NCBI GenBank assembly: GCA_028141225.1
Contig: JAOIPS010000002.1
Coordinates: 20,557-84,556, forward strand
Source: Prochlorococcus sp. AH-736-L23
GTDB lineage: Bacteria; Cyanobacteriota; Cyanobacteriia; PCC-6307; Cyanobiaceae
DNA: 64,000 nt
Reading direction: 5' to 3'
Shown: positions 20,288 to 30,416 of the stretch, in pieces
Layout of the letters: every line of letters begins with the position of its first letter
Numbering within the stretch: position 1 is the first letter of the stretch
Program-made: the position numbers and the translations under genes
The notes under the pieces: generated by a model
The model's database searches: none
What the model was told of the DNA's origin: nothing
The model's input: only the letters and a program-made list of their open reading frames with translations

Positions 20288-21630
20288 TTATTTGAACTTG
20301 AAAATTCTTCAGTAAGTACTGATAAATAATTGCGTACATGAGTGTTCCAGCTAAAGTGCCTGTTAACACCTTCAATTCCATTTCTACTCCATATTTTCCA
20401 CTGATTATTATTTGATATTCCTTTTTCAAGAATAACTTTCAACTCATTAATATCAGTAACATCTACAAGAAGTCCATTTTCACATTTTGAACGAATTTCT
20501 TTTGGACCTCCATCATTTGTTGATATTATTGGTAATCCACATGAAGAAGCTTCAAGAAGAGTTAAACCAAAAGGCTCTGTTAAGGCTGGATTTACAAATA
20601 CACCACCTCTGCTAGCAGCCCACCTATATAAAGCAGGAATTTGACTTGGAAGATGTTTTTTTGGATAAGCTACCTTTCCATACAAATTATATTTATCAAT
20701 TGTTTCAAAAATATTATTGAAAACATCTTTTTGTTGAGGGTCAAGTTTTGAAGTACTATCTCTACAACCTAAAATCAAAATTAAATTAGTTTTTCTTTTT
20801 AATTTTTCAGATCTTCCATATGCTTCAATCAGGGATGGAATATTTTTTCTTCGTACAGCTCTAGAAATAGTTAAAAATGGAGGTTTAGTAGAATCCTTTA
20901 GAAATGGTTTCATCATATTATCAATTTCGGCTGTCTCGCTTGTGGAGTGAATATGGTGAAATTTATTATGATCAACGCCAGGAGGAATAACTTTAGCTTT
21001 GTGAGGTGAAAAAGAAGAATATTGGGAATATTGATACACTGACTCTTGTTTAGTGCTTGTAACGACAATATCTGCAGACTTCAATGCTGTTTCTTCTGCC
21101 TCAATTCTCTTATTTATAGAATAAAGTTTTTCTATTTGATTATTTTTTAAACCAGTATCAAGCAATTTCCTTTTTTTCTCTCTTCCTAAAGAATGACCAG
21201 TAAAAATAAGAGGAACTTTTAAGGATTTACTTAGTTTCACTCCTACATATCCAGCATCTGCATAATGTGCATGAATAAAATTAGGCTTTTTGTTTTTTTT
21301 ATAGTAAGAAATAAGTTTTTCAGCTAAGTGATCTAAATAAGGCCAAAGCAATTCCTTTCTTAAATATTTATTAGGTCCAAACTTGAATCTTAAAATTCTG
21401 ACTCCAGGTTCTACAAATTCTTCTTCTTGAGAATATTCATCCTCTACTTTAGGGTCTTTTATTAAACGAGTAACTAAATCAACTTGATCAACTTCTGAAG
21501 TGTTAGCCAAACTTTTAATTAACTCTAAAACATATTGTGTTTGCCCTCCTGTATCTGCATCCCTGCCTAACTCAAGATTTTTAGAACGTATAAGACCATG
21601 TAAATGCAAATGTAAAAATTTCATCCTCAT
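20221..21630 (-). CDS. spsA: Sucrose-phosphate synthase (GT4 glycosyltransferase domain only)
   Basis: HGLIR...ELGRDADTGGQTQYV, IHAHYADAG, FTGHSLG and NPALTEPFGLTLLEA motifs. No C-terminal HAD/SPP-like domain. Confidence 0.9.
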   Translation of the reverse strand: MRMKFLHLHLHGLIRSKNLELGRDADTGGQTQYVLELIKSLANTSEVDQVDLVTRLIKDPKVEDEYSQEEEFVEPGVRILRFKFGPNKYLRKELLWPYLDHLAEKLISYYKKNKKPNFIHAHYADAGYVGVKLSKSLKVPLIFTGHSLGREKKRKLLDTGLKNNQIEKLYSINKRIEAEETALKSADIVVTSTKQESVYQYSQYSSFSPHKAKVIPPGVDHNKFHHIHSTSETAEIDNMMKPFLKDSTKPPFLTISRAVRRKNIPSLIEAYGRSEKLKRKTNLILILGCRDSTSKLDPQQKDVFNNIFETIDKYNLYGKVAYPKKHLPSQIPALYRWAASRGGVFVNPALTEPFGLTLLEASSCGLPIISTNDGGPKEIRSKCENGLLVDVTDINELKVILEKGISNNNQWKIWSRNGIEGVNRHFSWNTHVRNYLSVLTEEFSSSNNYSSSDIKQSCLKGTSSLIKPH

Positions 21631-21833
21631 TCAGCAAATCCTCCGATCAACGGCCTTTAATACAAATAAACTGAATTTTCCAGGGAAATATTAAGAAAGC
21701 ATTATGATTTGAAATTTTTTAAATATAAAAGTTCTCAAGAAAGCAGTTATAGAGTAGTTTTATACCCCTTAAAAAAAGAATTTCGTTTTGCTGAAATAAT
21801 TAAAATAAAAAGAAATACAACAAGGATTTTTTT

Positions 21834-24737
21834 TTATTCCAGAACCTTTTTAAGATATTTTGCTGTATGACTTGTAAGATTTTTAGCTACATCCTCAGGA
21901 ATACCTTCTGCAATGATTTCTCCTCCCTTGTCCCCTCCATCAGGTCCTAAATCGATAATCCAATCTGAACATCTAATAACATCTAAATTATGTTCAATAA
22001 CAATTACTGAATTACCTTTATCTACCAAACGTTGTATTACATCCATTAATTTATGAACATCATAAAAACTTAACCCTGTAGTTGGCTCATCAATCAAATA
22101 TAAAGTTTTTCCAGTAGCCCTTTTTGACAATTCCGTAGCTAACTTAACTCTTTGAGCCTCTCCACCAGACAATGTAGGAGCTGGCTGGCCTAATTTGACA
22201 TATCCTAAGCCAACATCAACCAATGTAGATAATCTATCAGCAGCTTGAGGTATAGCAGAAAAAGTTTCTGCAGCTTGTTCAACAGTCATCTCTAAAACAT
22301 CAGATATATTGAAACCTTTATATTTAACTTGAAGAGTTTCTCTATTAAAACGAGCTCCTTTACATACTTCACATTGCACATAAACGTCAGGTAAAAAATT
22401 CATTTCAATAACATTGACTCCCTGGCCTTTACAAGCTTCGCATCTTCCTCCTTTCACATTAAAGCTAAATTGACCAGCCTGATAACCTCTTGCTTTTGCT
22501 TCTACTGTTGCAGTAAATATCTGCCTTATAGGGTCAAAAGCACCGGTATATGTAGCAGGATTTGATCTTGGAGTTCTTCCTATTGGAGATTGATCAATAA
22601 CAATAACTTTATCAATTGCCTTTATACCCTTTAACTCTTTTACACCTTGAGGAAAAGGGACTTTTAATCCTAGAGAATGACACAATGCAGGATGAAGTAA
22701 TTCATTTATCAAAGTGCTCTTTCCACTACCACTTACACCAGTTACAGAAACTAACCTTCCTAAAGGAAATTCCACAGAAATATTTTTTAAATTATTTTTA
22801 GAGCAATCATTTAAAATTAAACTTTTTTTTACAGATGATCTACGTTCTTTTGGAGTAGGAATTGACTTCCTCCCACTGAGATAAGCTCCAGTTAATGACC
22901 TTTCTGAATTTAAAACATCTTGATAAGATCCTTTGGCTATTATTTCCCCACCATAAACACCTGCCCCTGGACCAATATCTACTAAATAATCTGCGGATTT
23001 CATAGTATCTTCATCATGTTCAACCACAACCAAAGTATTTCCCAAGTCTCTTAAGCTTTTTAATGTTTCTAATAATCTGTCATTGTCTCTCTGATGCAAA
23101 CCAATACTTGGTTCATCTAAAACATATAAAACACCAGTAAGGCCTGCCCCTATTTGTGTAGCCAATCTAATACGCTGAGCCTCACCACCAGACAAAGTCA
23201 TAGCTGGTCTATCTAAAGTCAAATAATCTAAACCGACATTAATTAAAAACTTCAAACGTAAACGAATCTCTTTTAAAACCAATTCACCAATCTGCTTTTG
23301 TTTTTCTGATAAAGATATATTTTCCTTCTTTGTCTTACCTAATCCCATGATGCGCTCTACATGATTAAGAGTTTCAGAAACGCTTATAGAAGTTAAGTCA
23401 GTAATGTTGTATGGACCAAGTTTAACTGCCAAAGCCTCAGGTCTTAATCTTTTTCCAGAGCATGTCTTGCAGGGAACTAATTCTAAATACTTTTCTAATT
23501 TTTGCTTTACTGATTCTCCATTAGCTTCATTCAATTGCCTTTCTAATATTGGCAAAATCCCTTCAAAAGGTCTTTCAAAACCACTTGAAGTTTTAAAGCG
23601 ACTATCTGCTTGAATTAATATTGGTTTGTCTGATCCCAAAAGTAAAACTTTTTTTTGCAAATCACTTAAATCTTTCCAAGGAGTTTTTAATTCAAAACCA
23701 TAAGCCTGTCCTACAGAATAAAGTAAAGAAAAGTAATAAGTATTATCTTTTTCACTCCAAGGAGCTATTGCTGCATAAACAGGCAATGTTTTATCAGGGA
23801 TAACTCTATCCGCAGTAAATTTTTTTAAATAGCCAATCCCATGACAATCTGGACAAGCCCCATATGGGCTATTAAAAGAAAATAATCTAGGAGAAAGTTC
23901 TTCAACAATAGAGCCATGCACAGGACATGCATAATTTTCTGAATAAAGTTTTTCTCTCTCTAAGTTAGAAGGTAAGTTTTCTCCTTTTTTTGGAACAACT
24001 TCCACTATTGCTAAGCCATCACCTCTTTTAAGACAAGTTTGTAGAGAATCATTTAATCTTTCTTGTATTCCCTCTCTTGCAATTAATCTATCAACTACTA
24101 CCTCAATATTATGAATTTGATTTTTATCTAATTCAATACTATCAGCAAGTTCTCTTACCTCTCCGTTAATTCTTACCCTAGCAAATCCTTCAGCAGCTAG
24201 TCCACTTATTAATTTTGTATGTGTTCCTTTCTTACCCCTCACAACAGGAGCCAACAATTGATACCTTGTTCCTTCTGGTAAAAGGAGAATTTGATCAACC
24301 ATTTCATCAATTGTTTGAGGGGCAATCGGTATCCCGCAGTGGTGACAATGCGGCTCACCAGCGCGACCAAACAATAATCTTAAATAATCTTGTATCTCTG
24401 TTACCGTTCCAACTGTTGATCGAGGATTATGACTTGTAGATTTTTGATCAATTGAAATAGCAGGTGATAAACCTTCAATATTGTCAACATCTGGTTTATC
24501 TACTTGACCCAAAAATTGCCTTGCGTATGCAGAAAGACTTTCAACATATCTTCTTTGACCTTCAGCAAAAATAGTATCGAAAGCTAGAGAACTTTTACCA
24601 CTTCCACTAACACCCGTAAAAACTATAAATTTATTTCTAGGTAGTGAAAGATCAATATTTTTTAAATTATGTTGACGAGCTCCTCTAATTTTAATCGAGT
24701 TATCTTCTCCAAAACTATTATCAACTTTATTAACCAT
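21834..24737 (-). CDS. uvrA: Excinuclease ABC subunit A
   Basis: Two Walker A motifs (GVSGSGKS), two LSGGEAQR signatures, and CxxC zinc fingers. Confidence 0.98.
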   Translation of the reverse strand: MVNKVDNSFGEDNSIKIRGARQHNLKNIDLSLPRNKFIVFTGVSGSGKSSLAFDTIFAEGQRRYVESLSAYARQFLGQVDKPDVDNIEGLSPAISIDQKSTSHNPRSTVGTVTEIQDYLRLLFGRAGEPHCHHCGIPIAPQTIDEMVDQILLLPEGTRYQLLAPVVRGKKGTHTKLISGLAAEGFARVRINGEVRELADSIELDKNQIHNIEVVVDRLIAREGIQERLNDSLQTCLKRGDGLAIVEVVPKKGENLPSNLEREKLYSENYACPVHGSIVEELSPRLFSFNSPYGACPDCHGIGYLKKFTADRVIPDKTLPVYAAIAPWSEKDNTYYFSLLYSVGQAYGFELKTPWKDLSDLQKKVLLLGSDKPILIQADSRFKTSSGFERPFEGILPILERQLNEANGESVKQKLEKYLELVPCKTCSGKRLRPEALAVKLGPYNITDLTSISVSETLNHVERIMGLGKTKKENISLSEKQKQIGELVLKEIRLRLKFLINVGLDYLTLDRPAMTLSGGEAQRIRLATQIGAGLTGVLYVLDEPSIGLHQRDNDRLLETLKSLRDLGNTLVVVEHDEDTMKSADYLVDIGPGAGVYGGEIIAKGSYQDVLNSERSLTGAYLSGRKSIPTPKERRSSVKKSLILNDCSKNNLKNISVEFPLGRLVSVTGVSGSGKSTLINELLHPALCHSLGLKVPFPQGVKELKGIKAIDKVIVIDQSPIGRTPRSNPATYTGAFDPIRQIFTATVEAKARGYQAGQFSFNVKGGRCEACKGQGVNVIEMNFLPDVYVQCEVCKGARFNRETLQVKYKGFNISDVLEMTVEQAAETFSAIPQAADRLSTLVDVGLGYVKLGQPAPTLSGGEAQRVKLATELSKRATGKTLYLIDEPTTGLSFYDVHKLMDVIQRLVDKGNSVIVIEHNLDVIRCSDWIIDLGPDGGDKGGEIIAEGIPEDVAKNLTSHTAKYLKKVLE

Positions 24738-24791
24738 GTTTAAATCTAATTTATGATTTAAAAAGGTTATTATAGTAGAATTTTTTCTATT

Positions 24792-26471
24792 TCACGCAGC
24801 TGGACAATCAAGAAGTCTAGAGGCATATTCGTTTACTTCGCGAGAACCTCCACCTATAAGTTCTATTAATTCATTTTTTCTTTGATTTCTTGTAGTTAAT
24901 TTTTCAATTGAAGTGTAAGTTATTCCATTAATTACGTTTTTATTAACTTTAAAATGAGCTACTCCCCTAGCAGCTAAAAAAGGCTGATGTGTAATACATA
25001 AAACTTGTTGGTTTTTAGAAATTTCTTTTATAAGCTCAACCAAAGAAAATAGGGATTTACCACTTAAACCACTATCAATTTCATCTAAAAAGAAAGTATT
25101 AGGTTTTTTAGAAATACTAGATTTTATAGCTAACAAGAATCTTGACATTTCCCCACCAGAAATAACATTTGATAATGGAGCAAGCTTCTGATCAGGATTA
25201 GCAGAGAACAAAAAATTTATGTCATCAATTCCATCGCCAGAAGGGTTGCATTCAGAAAATTGAATTGAAAAATTTGCATTTTCTAAACCTAGATTGCTTA
25301 AAATCGACATCACTGAATTTTGCAAATGTTTAGCAATTTTTTTTCTTTCAACAGATTGAATATCAAATAAAAAATTTAAATCTTTTTGTAAATGCTCAAT
25401 TTGAGCTTTAATCCTGCAAATCTCATCACTTTGATCGTTTTGTTGAAAATAAATCTTTAATTGATCACGCTTTTTTATTAATTGAGGCAAATCCAATGAG
25501 AAAGTTCTCTCTAAGTTTTTTAAAAAAAATAATCTTTTTTGTATTTCTGGAAGATTAGATTCATTATTCTCTATGTCTTGTAAATATGAGTTTAAATCAA
25601 AAATTAAATCTTCAACATCACTATGGATACTTAATAACTTCTCTCTAAATTTTTGAATCTTTAAATCGAAATCCGCTGTTTTATTTAAAATCTTTATTGA
25701 TTGATTTATCAAAAAAGTTACGGATGGTTCATCATGACTAAAATTATTTAAGTTTTCTAATGATGATGTAATTGAATTATTAATTTCAAGATTATTTACA
25801 AGTTTATTTTCTAATAACTCTAATTCTAAAATTTCTTCACTGGATGTTAAATTAGCTTCTTCTAAACTCTTCAACATGTGTTTAATTACCAAGTTTTTTT
25901 CTTCTTGATTCCTATAAAATTCTATTTTTTCATCCATTAATCCTTTTAAAACTTTAGTTTCTGCCCATATACTTTTAATCCTTTCGCTGATATCTCTTGA
26001 TTCTTGGGAACATAAGTCATCAATTATTAATCTTCTCTTATCTAAAGAATCAAAGATAAAAGTATCAGATTGACCTGCAAAATCAATTAAAAATCGTCCA
26101 AGTTTTTCTAATGTCTGTCTGTTAATTGAAAAATTATTAAGGCTATATTTGGATAAAATTTTATTATTTTTTTTATAAGATTTTCTTTTAATTTGTAGTT
26201 CTGAAGAATTTATTTCAAAACCATTGCCAATTAACCAATTATTAATTTGAGGAGAAGAAGAAAATATTGCCTCAATAACGCAAAAATCTTTTCCTGGACG
26301 TATTAAATGTTTTAGAGGTATATTAGTTCCACCAAATAAAGCATTTAGGGAATCCAAAATTAATGATTTTCCTGAACCTGAATCTCCAGTTATGATATTC
26401 AATCCTTTTTCGAAATTAATTTCTATAATTTCTATTAAAGCAATATTTTCTATTTTTAGTTGTATTAACAT
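24792..26471 (-). CDS. recN: DNA repair protein RecN
   Basis: ITGDSGSGKS, long coiled coil, ISGGEMSR, LDEIDSG and CITHQP motifs. Confidence 0.93.
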   Translation of the reverse strand: MLIQLKIENIALIEIIEINFEKGLNIITGDSGSGKSLILDSLNALFGGTNIPLKHLIRPGKDFCVIEAIFSSSPQINNWLIGNGFEINSSELQIKRKSYKKNNKILSKYSLNNFSINRQTLEKLGRFLIDFAGQSDTFIFDSLDKRRLIIDDLCSQESRDISERIKSIWAETKVLKGLMDEKIEFYRNQEEKNLVIKHMLKSLEEANLTSSEEILELELLENKLVNNLEINNSITSSLENLNNFSHDEPSVTFLINQSIKILNKTADFDLKIQKFREKLLSIHSDVEDLIFDLNSYLQDIENNESNLPEIQKRLFFLKNLERTFSLDLPQLIKKRDQLKIYFQQNDQSDEICRIKAQIEHLQKDLNFLFDIQSVERKKIAKHLQNSVMSILSNLGLENANFSIQFSECNPSGDGIDDINFLFSANPDQKLAPLSNVISGGEMSRFLLAIKSSISKKPNTFFLDEIDSGLSGKSLFSLVELIKEISKNQQVLCITHQPFLAARGVAHFKVNKNVINGITYTSIEKLTTRNQRKNELIELIGGGSREVNEYASRLLDCPAA

Positions 26472-26539
26472 GATAAACCTTCCTTATAAAAAAATTAACT
26501 TCTTTTTTCAAAAAATAAAGGTTTTAAATATATAAAGTT

Positions 26540-28396
26540 ATGAAAGAAGATTTTACTGATTTTATTGAGGTATCTGGACTATTGAATTACGATCCAGATA
26601 CAATCTCTAAAATTTACAAAAAAAATCCTAAAAGACTTTTAAAAAGACTTTGGCAAACACTCATACCTATTTTTGCTTACATCTTCTCTGTGGGATGGGA
26701 TAAATTAACTGGAAGGTTGAAAAATGAACAACAAGCAAGATTTAGAGCACGAGAATTAACAAATTTACTAGTAGAACTTGGACCTGCATTTGTTAAGGCA
26801 GGCCAAGCCTTATCAACAAGACCAGATATAATCCCTGGGATTCTTCTAGAAGAATTATCTGAATTGCAAGATCAGCTCCCTGGGTTTGACGGCGATAAAG
26901 CTATGGAATTAATAGAAGAAGATTTAAGAAACAAAATAGATGAGATTTTTTTAAAAATTGATAAAGAGCCAATTTCTGCTGCTTCTTTAGGTCAAGTGCA
27001 TAAAGCTAAATTAAAAAATGGAGAGATCGTTGCAATAAAAGTACAACGGCCTGGTCTAAGAGAACAAATAACCTTAGATCTTTACATTGTAAGGAATATT
27101 GCTTATTGGCTTAAAAACAATATCGGATTAATAAGAAGTGATCTAGTTGCTTTGATTGACGAATTAGGCAAGAGAGTTTTTGAAGAGATGGATTATCTAA
27201 ACGAAGCTGCAAATGCAGAAAAATTTAGAGATATGCATAAACATAACAAAATGATTGCCGTACCAAAAATTTATAAAGAAATAACTTCAAGAAGAGTTTT
27301 AGCAATGGAATGGATAGACGGTACAAAATTAACAAATTTAGAAGACGTAAAAAAATTAGGAATTAATCCAGATGAAATGATTGATATAGGGGTGCAATGC
27401 AGTTTAGAACAGCTTTTAGAACATGGTTTTTTTCATGCAGACCCGCATCCAGGTAATTTACTAGCCTTAGAGGATGGAAGATTATGTTATCTAGATTTTG
27501 GAATGATGAGCGAAGTATCCAGAGAATCTAGGTCAGGACTAATTCAAGCTGTAGTTCATTTAGTAAATAAAAACTTCGACAAATTATCCCAAGATTTCGT
27601 AAAATTGGGATTTTTATCAGAGGAAGTTAATCTAGAACCCATTGTTCCGGCATTTCAAGACGTTTTCATTAATGCTGTTGAACAAGGAGTTTCGAAAATG
27701 GATTTCAAGAGCGTAACAGACGATATGTCTGGAGTTATGTATAAATTCCCTTTCAGACTACCCCCATATTATGCGCTTATAATTAGATCATTACTTACAT
27801 TAGAAGGAATAGCTTTAAGCGTAGATCCAAACTTCAAAATATTAGGCGCAGCTTATCCATATTTTGCAAGAAGATTGATGGAAGACCCTGATCCACAATT
27901 GAGGGAGAGCCTCAAAGAAATGCTTTTTGATAATAAAAAATTTAAATGGGATCGTTTAGAAGATCTGCTATCTAACGCTGCAAAGCAAACAAATCTCGAT
28001 TTAGAAAAACTTTTAGACGAAGTTATAAATCTTCTCTTTTCTCCTAATGGAGGATTTCTTAGAAATGAGATAGTTGAGAGCTTAACAAATCAGATAGATC
28101 TACTTAGTCTAAAAATATTGAAGAGTTTTAATAATTATCTTCCACAATCAATTAAATTAAATACTACTAACGAAAATAATAACTTGAGTGAACTTATAAT
28201 GTATGTAGAGCCATTAAGAAACTTTTTAGAGATTTTACAAAAAGTTCCAGGGTATTCAATTGACATTTTTCTAAAAAGGGTTCCAAGACTTATAAATGAG
28301 CCTTATACAAAAGAAATGGGTATAAAGATTGCAAAAAAAGTAACTGAAAAAGGAGTAATAAGACTTGTTAAGATTGCCGCTGGTGCAAATATATAA
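26540..28396 (+). CDS. AarF/ABC1/UbiB atypical kinase
   Basis: LGPAFVKAGQ, AASLGQVH, VAIKVQRP, FHADPHPGN and LDFGMM motifs. Confidence 0.94.
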   Translation: MKEDFTDFIEVSGLLNYDPDTISKIYKKNPKRLLKRLWQTLIPIFAYIFSVGWDKLTGRLKNEQQARFRARELTNLLVELGPAFVKAGQALSTRPDIIPGILLEELSELQDQLPGFDGDKAMELIEEDLRNKIDEIFLKIDKEPISAASLGQVHKAKLKNGEIVAIKVQRPGLREQITLDLYIVRNIAYWLKNNIGLIRSDLVALIDELGKRVFEEMDYLNEAANAEKFRDMHKHNKMIAVPKIYKEITSRRVLAMEWIDGTKLTNLEDVKKLGINPDEMIDIGVQCSLEQLLEHGFFHADPHPGNLLALEDGRLCYLDFGMMSEVSRESRSGLIQAVVHLVNKNFDKLSQDFVKLGFLSEEVNLEPIVPAFQDVFINAVEQGVSKMDFKSVTDDMSGVMYKFPFRLPPYYALIIRSLLTLEGIALSVDPNFKILGAAYPYFARRLMEDPDPQLRESLKEMLFDNKKFKWDRLEDLLSNAAKQTNLDLEKLLDEVINLLFSPNGGFLRNEIVESLTNQIDLLSLKILKSFNNYLPQSIKLNTTNENNNLSELIMYVEPLRNFLEILQKVPGYSIDIFLKRVPRLINEPYTKEMGIKIAKKVTEKGVIRLVKIAAGANI

Positions 28397-28969
28397 ATGA
28401 AGTTTAGTAAATTTTTAATATTTAAAATATTTTTTATTTTAGTAATTTCTCCATTATTTTTTAATGTTCCAAAAGCTAATACTGCTGAAGAGATTAAAAT
28501 CACATACAACATATTTTCTAGAACAATTAAAGTAAATTCTTTAAAAACTTTTGCTAAAGAAGGAAAATCAACTAAAAAATTAAAAAGAATTTTAAAAGCA
28601 ACCGGCTCTCCTGATAAAGAAATTAGAACAGTTTTAAACAAAGATTTTGAAGTTCCTATCACCATTGCAAGCAAACTAGTATATTCTGAAATAGGAAACG
28701 TTTTTTTAACAAGACTTTCAACTATTATCCACCCTCCCAGAGCAACTGATGAAAGGACAGGGATGTTGGCCCTTAGAGCAAGCATAATTCAAGGAATTAA
28801 CATAGGAAATGGAAAAATAAATCTAATAAATTTTTTTGAAGGATATCCAACTAAAACTGTAATTTTAGATGTCAGCGCTTTGAGCAAAGTTATGAATAAA
28901 GTAGAATCGATTTCAGAATTATTAACATTTTTCACGAATTCCCCCCTAGAAAAAATCAAAACAAATTAA
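28397..28969 (+). CDS. Exported DUF1400-like protein (N-terminal module of cyanobacterial alpha/beta hydrolases)
   Basis: Signal-peptide-like N terminus, AEEIKITY, ALRASII and FFEGYPT patterns. No GxSxG motif. Confidence 0.7.
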   Translation: MKFSKFLIFKIFFILVISPLFFNVPKANTAEEIKITYNIFSRTIKVNSLKTFAKEGKSTKKLKRILKATGSPDKEIRTVLNKDFEVPITIASKLVYSEIGNVFLTRLSTIIHPPRATDERTGMLALRASIIQGINIGNGKINLINFFEGYPTKTVILDVSALSKVMNKVESISELLTFFTNSPLEKIKTN

Positions 28970-28975
28970 ACAACC

Positions 28976-30079
28976 ATGGTGTTATTAAATAAAATCAAAA
29001 ATAAACTGCGTATTAATTACAGAAAAAAAAGATGGCCCGGCCTAATAGAAGCTTATAAACAATATCTCCCAGTTACGAAGAAAACTCCTATTATTTCCCT
29101 TAATGAAGGAAATACTCCACTAATTCTAAGCGAGTCAATTAGCAATTTAATTGGAAATGGAACAAAAGTTTTTTTAAAATATGATGGCCTTAATCCAACA
29201 GGATCTTTTAAAGACCGAGGTATGACTATGGCAATTAGCAAAGCAAAGGAAGAAGGCCGTGAAGCAGTAATTTGTGCAAGTACTGGCAACACCTCTGCTG
29301 CTGCTGCTGCATATGCTTCTAGAGGAGGATTAAAACCTTATGTTTTAATCCCAGAAGGGTTTGTTGCACAAGGAAAGCTTGCACAAGCATTAATGTATGG
29401 CGCTGAGATAATTTCTATTAATGGAAACTTTGATAAAGCTCTTGAAATTGTTAGAGATTTATCCTCAGAACATCCTATAGAACTTGTTAATTCTGTTAAT
29501 CCATATCGAATACAAGGACAAAAAACGGCAGCTTTTGAAATAATTGATGACTTAGGTTATGCTCCTGATTGGCTTTGTATTCCAATGGGAAATGCAGGGA
29601 ACATAACTGCTTATTGGATGGGATTTAAAGAATATTCAAAAATAAAAAGAAATTTAAAATTACCAATAATGATGGGTTTTCAGTCCGAAGGCTCAGCTCC
29701 ATTAGTAAAAAATATAATAGTTAAGGATCCAGAAACAATTGCAACTGCAATAAGAATTGGAAATCCTGTAAATAGAGAAAAAGCAAAAAAAGTAAAGAAG
29801 GAGAGTAAAGGAGACTTTCAGTCGGTTACAGATGCAGAAATAATAAATGCTTATAAAATTCTTGCCAAAGAAGGAGTATTCTGTGAACCTGCTAGTGCAG
29901 CATCAGTTGCTGGACTTATTAAAAATAAAAATAGAATTCAGAAAGAATCTACTATTGTTTGTGTTCTTACTGGAAATGGATTAAAAGATCCTGATTGCGC
30001 CATAAAAAATAATGATGCTGTTTTCAGAAAAAATATTGAGCCCTCATTAAAAAATATAACTAAAATCTTGGGATATTAA
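28976..30079 (+). CDS. thrC: Threonine synthase
   Basis: [18 protein letters not shown] (PLP lysine), CASTGNTS and VLTGNGLKD motifs. Confidence 0.97.
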   Translation: MVLLNKIKNKLRINYRKKRWPGLIEAYKQYLPVTKKTPIISLNEGNTPLILSESISNLIGNGTKVFLKYDGLNPTGSFKDRGMTMAISKAKEEGREAVICASTGNTSAAAAAYASRGGLKPYVLIPEGFVAQGKLAQALMYGAEIISINGNFDKALEIVRDLSSEHPIELVNSVNPYRIQGQKTAAFEIIDDLGYAPDWLCIPMGNAGNITAYWMGFKEYSKIKRNLKLPIMMGFQSEGSAPLVKNIIVKDPETIATAIRIGNPVNREKAKKVKKESKGDFQSVTDAEIINAYKILAKEGVFCEPASAASVAGLIKNKNRIQKESTIVCVLTGNGLKDPDCAIKNNDAVFRKNIEPSLKNITKILGY

Positions 30080-30416
30080 AATCCAAAACAAATAGTGTCT
30101 GTGGAAATCAAATAAAAACAAACATAATTTGTTGAAAAATACGTAATAAGTAATCCTATTTGTTAAGTATTTTTTTATTTTTTTGAAAAATTAGGATTTA
30201 TTCAACAAATAAAAAATTTTTTACACATATTGTTTTCTGCATAAACTAAGTAAACAAGCTATTTGATTTAAGAATTCCACAGTTCCCACAAGAACTACTA
30301 CTACTAATTTTTTTATTTTATTATTTAACTTTATATTAGAAAAAAGTAAAAAATAAATTTATTGAATTTAATTTACGAAAAAAGTATATTGTATTTGTAA
30401 AAAGTTCCAAATTCTG
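30080..30416. other. Replication origin oriC (thrC-dnaN intergenic region)
   Basis: DnaA-box matches to TTWTNCACA at 30100-30108(-), 30130-30138(-), 30219-30227(+, perfect), 30273-30281 and 30282-30290 (tandem). These are followed by (CTA)4 at 30295-30306 and an AT-only tract, directly upstream of dnaN. Confidence 0.85.
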
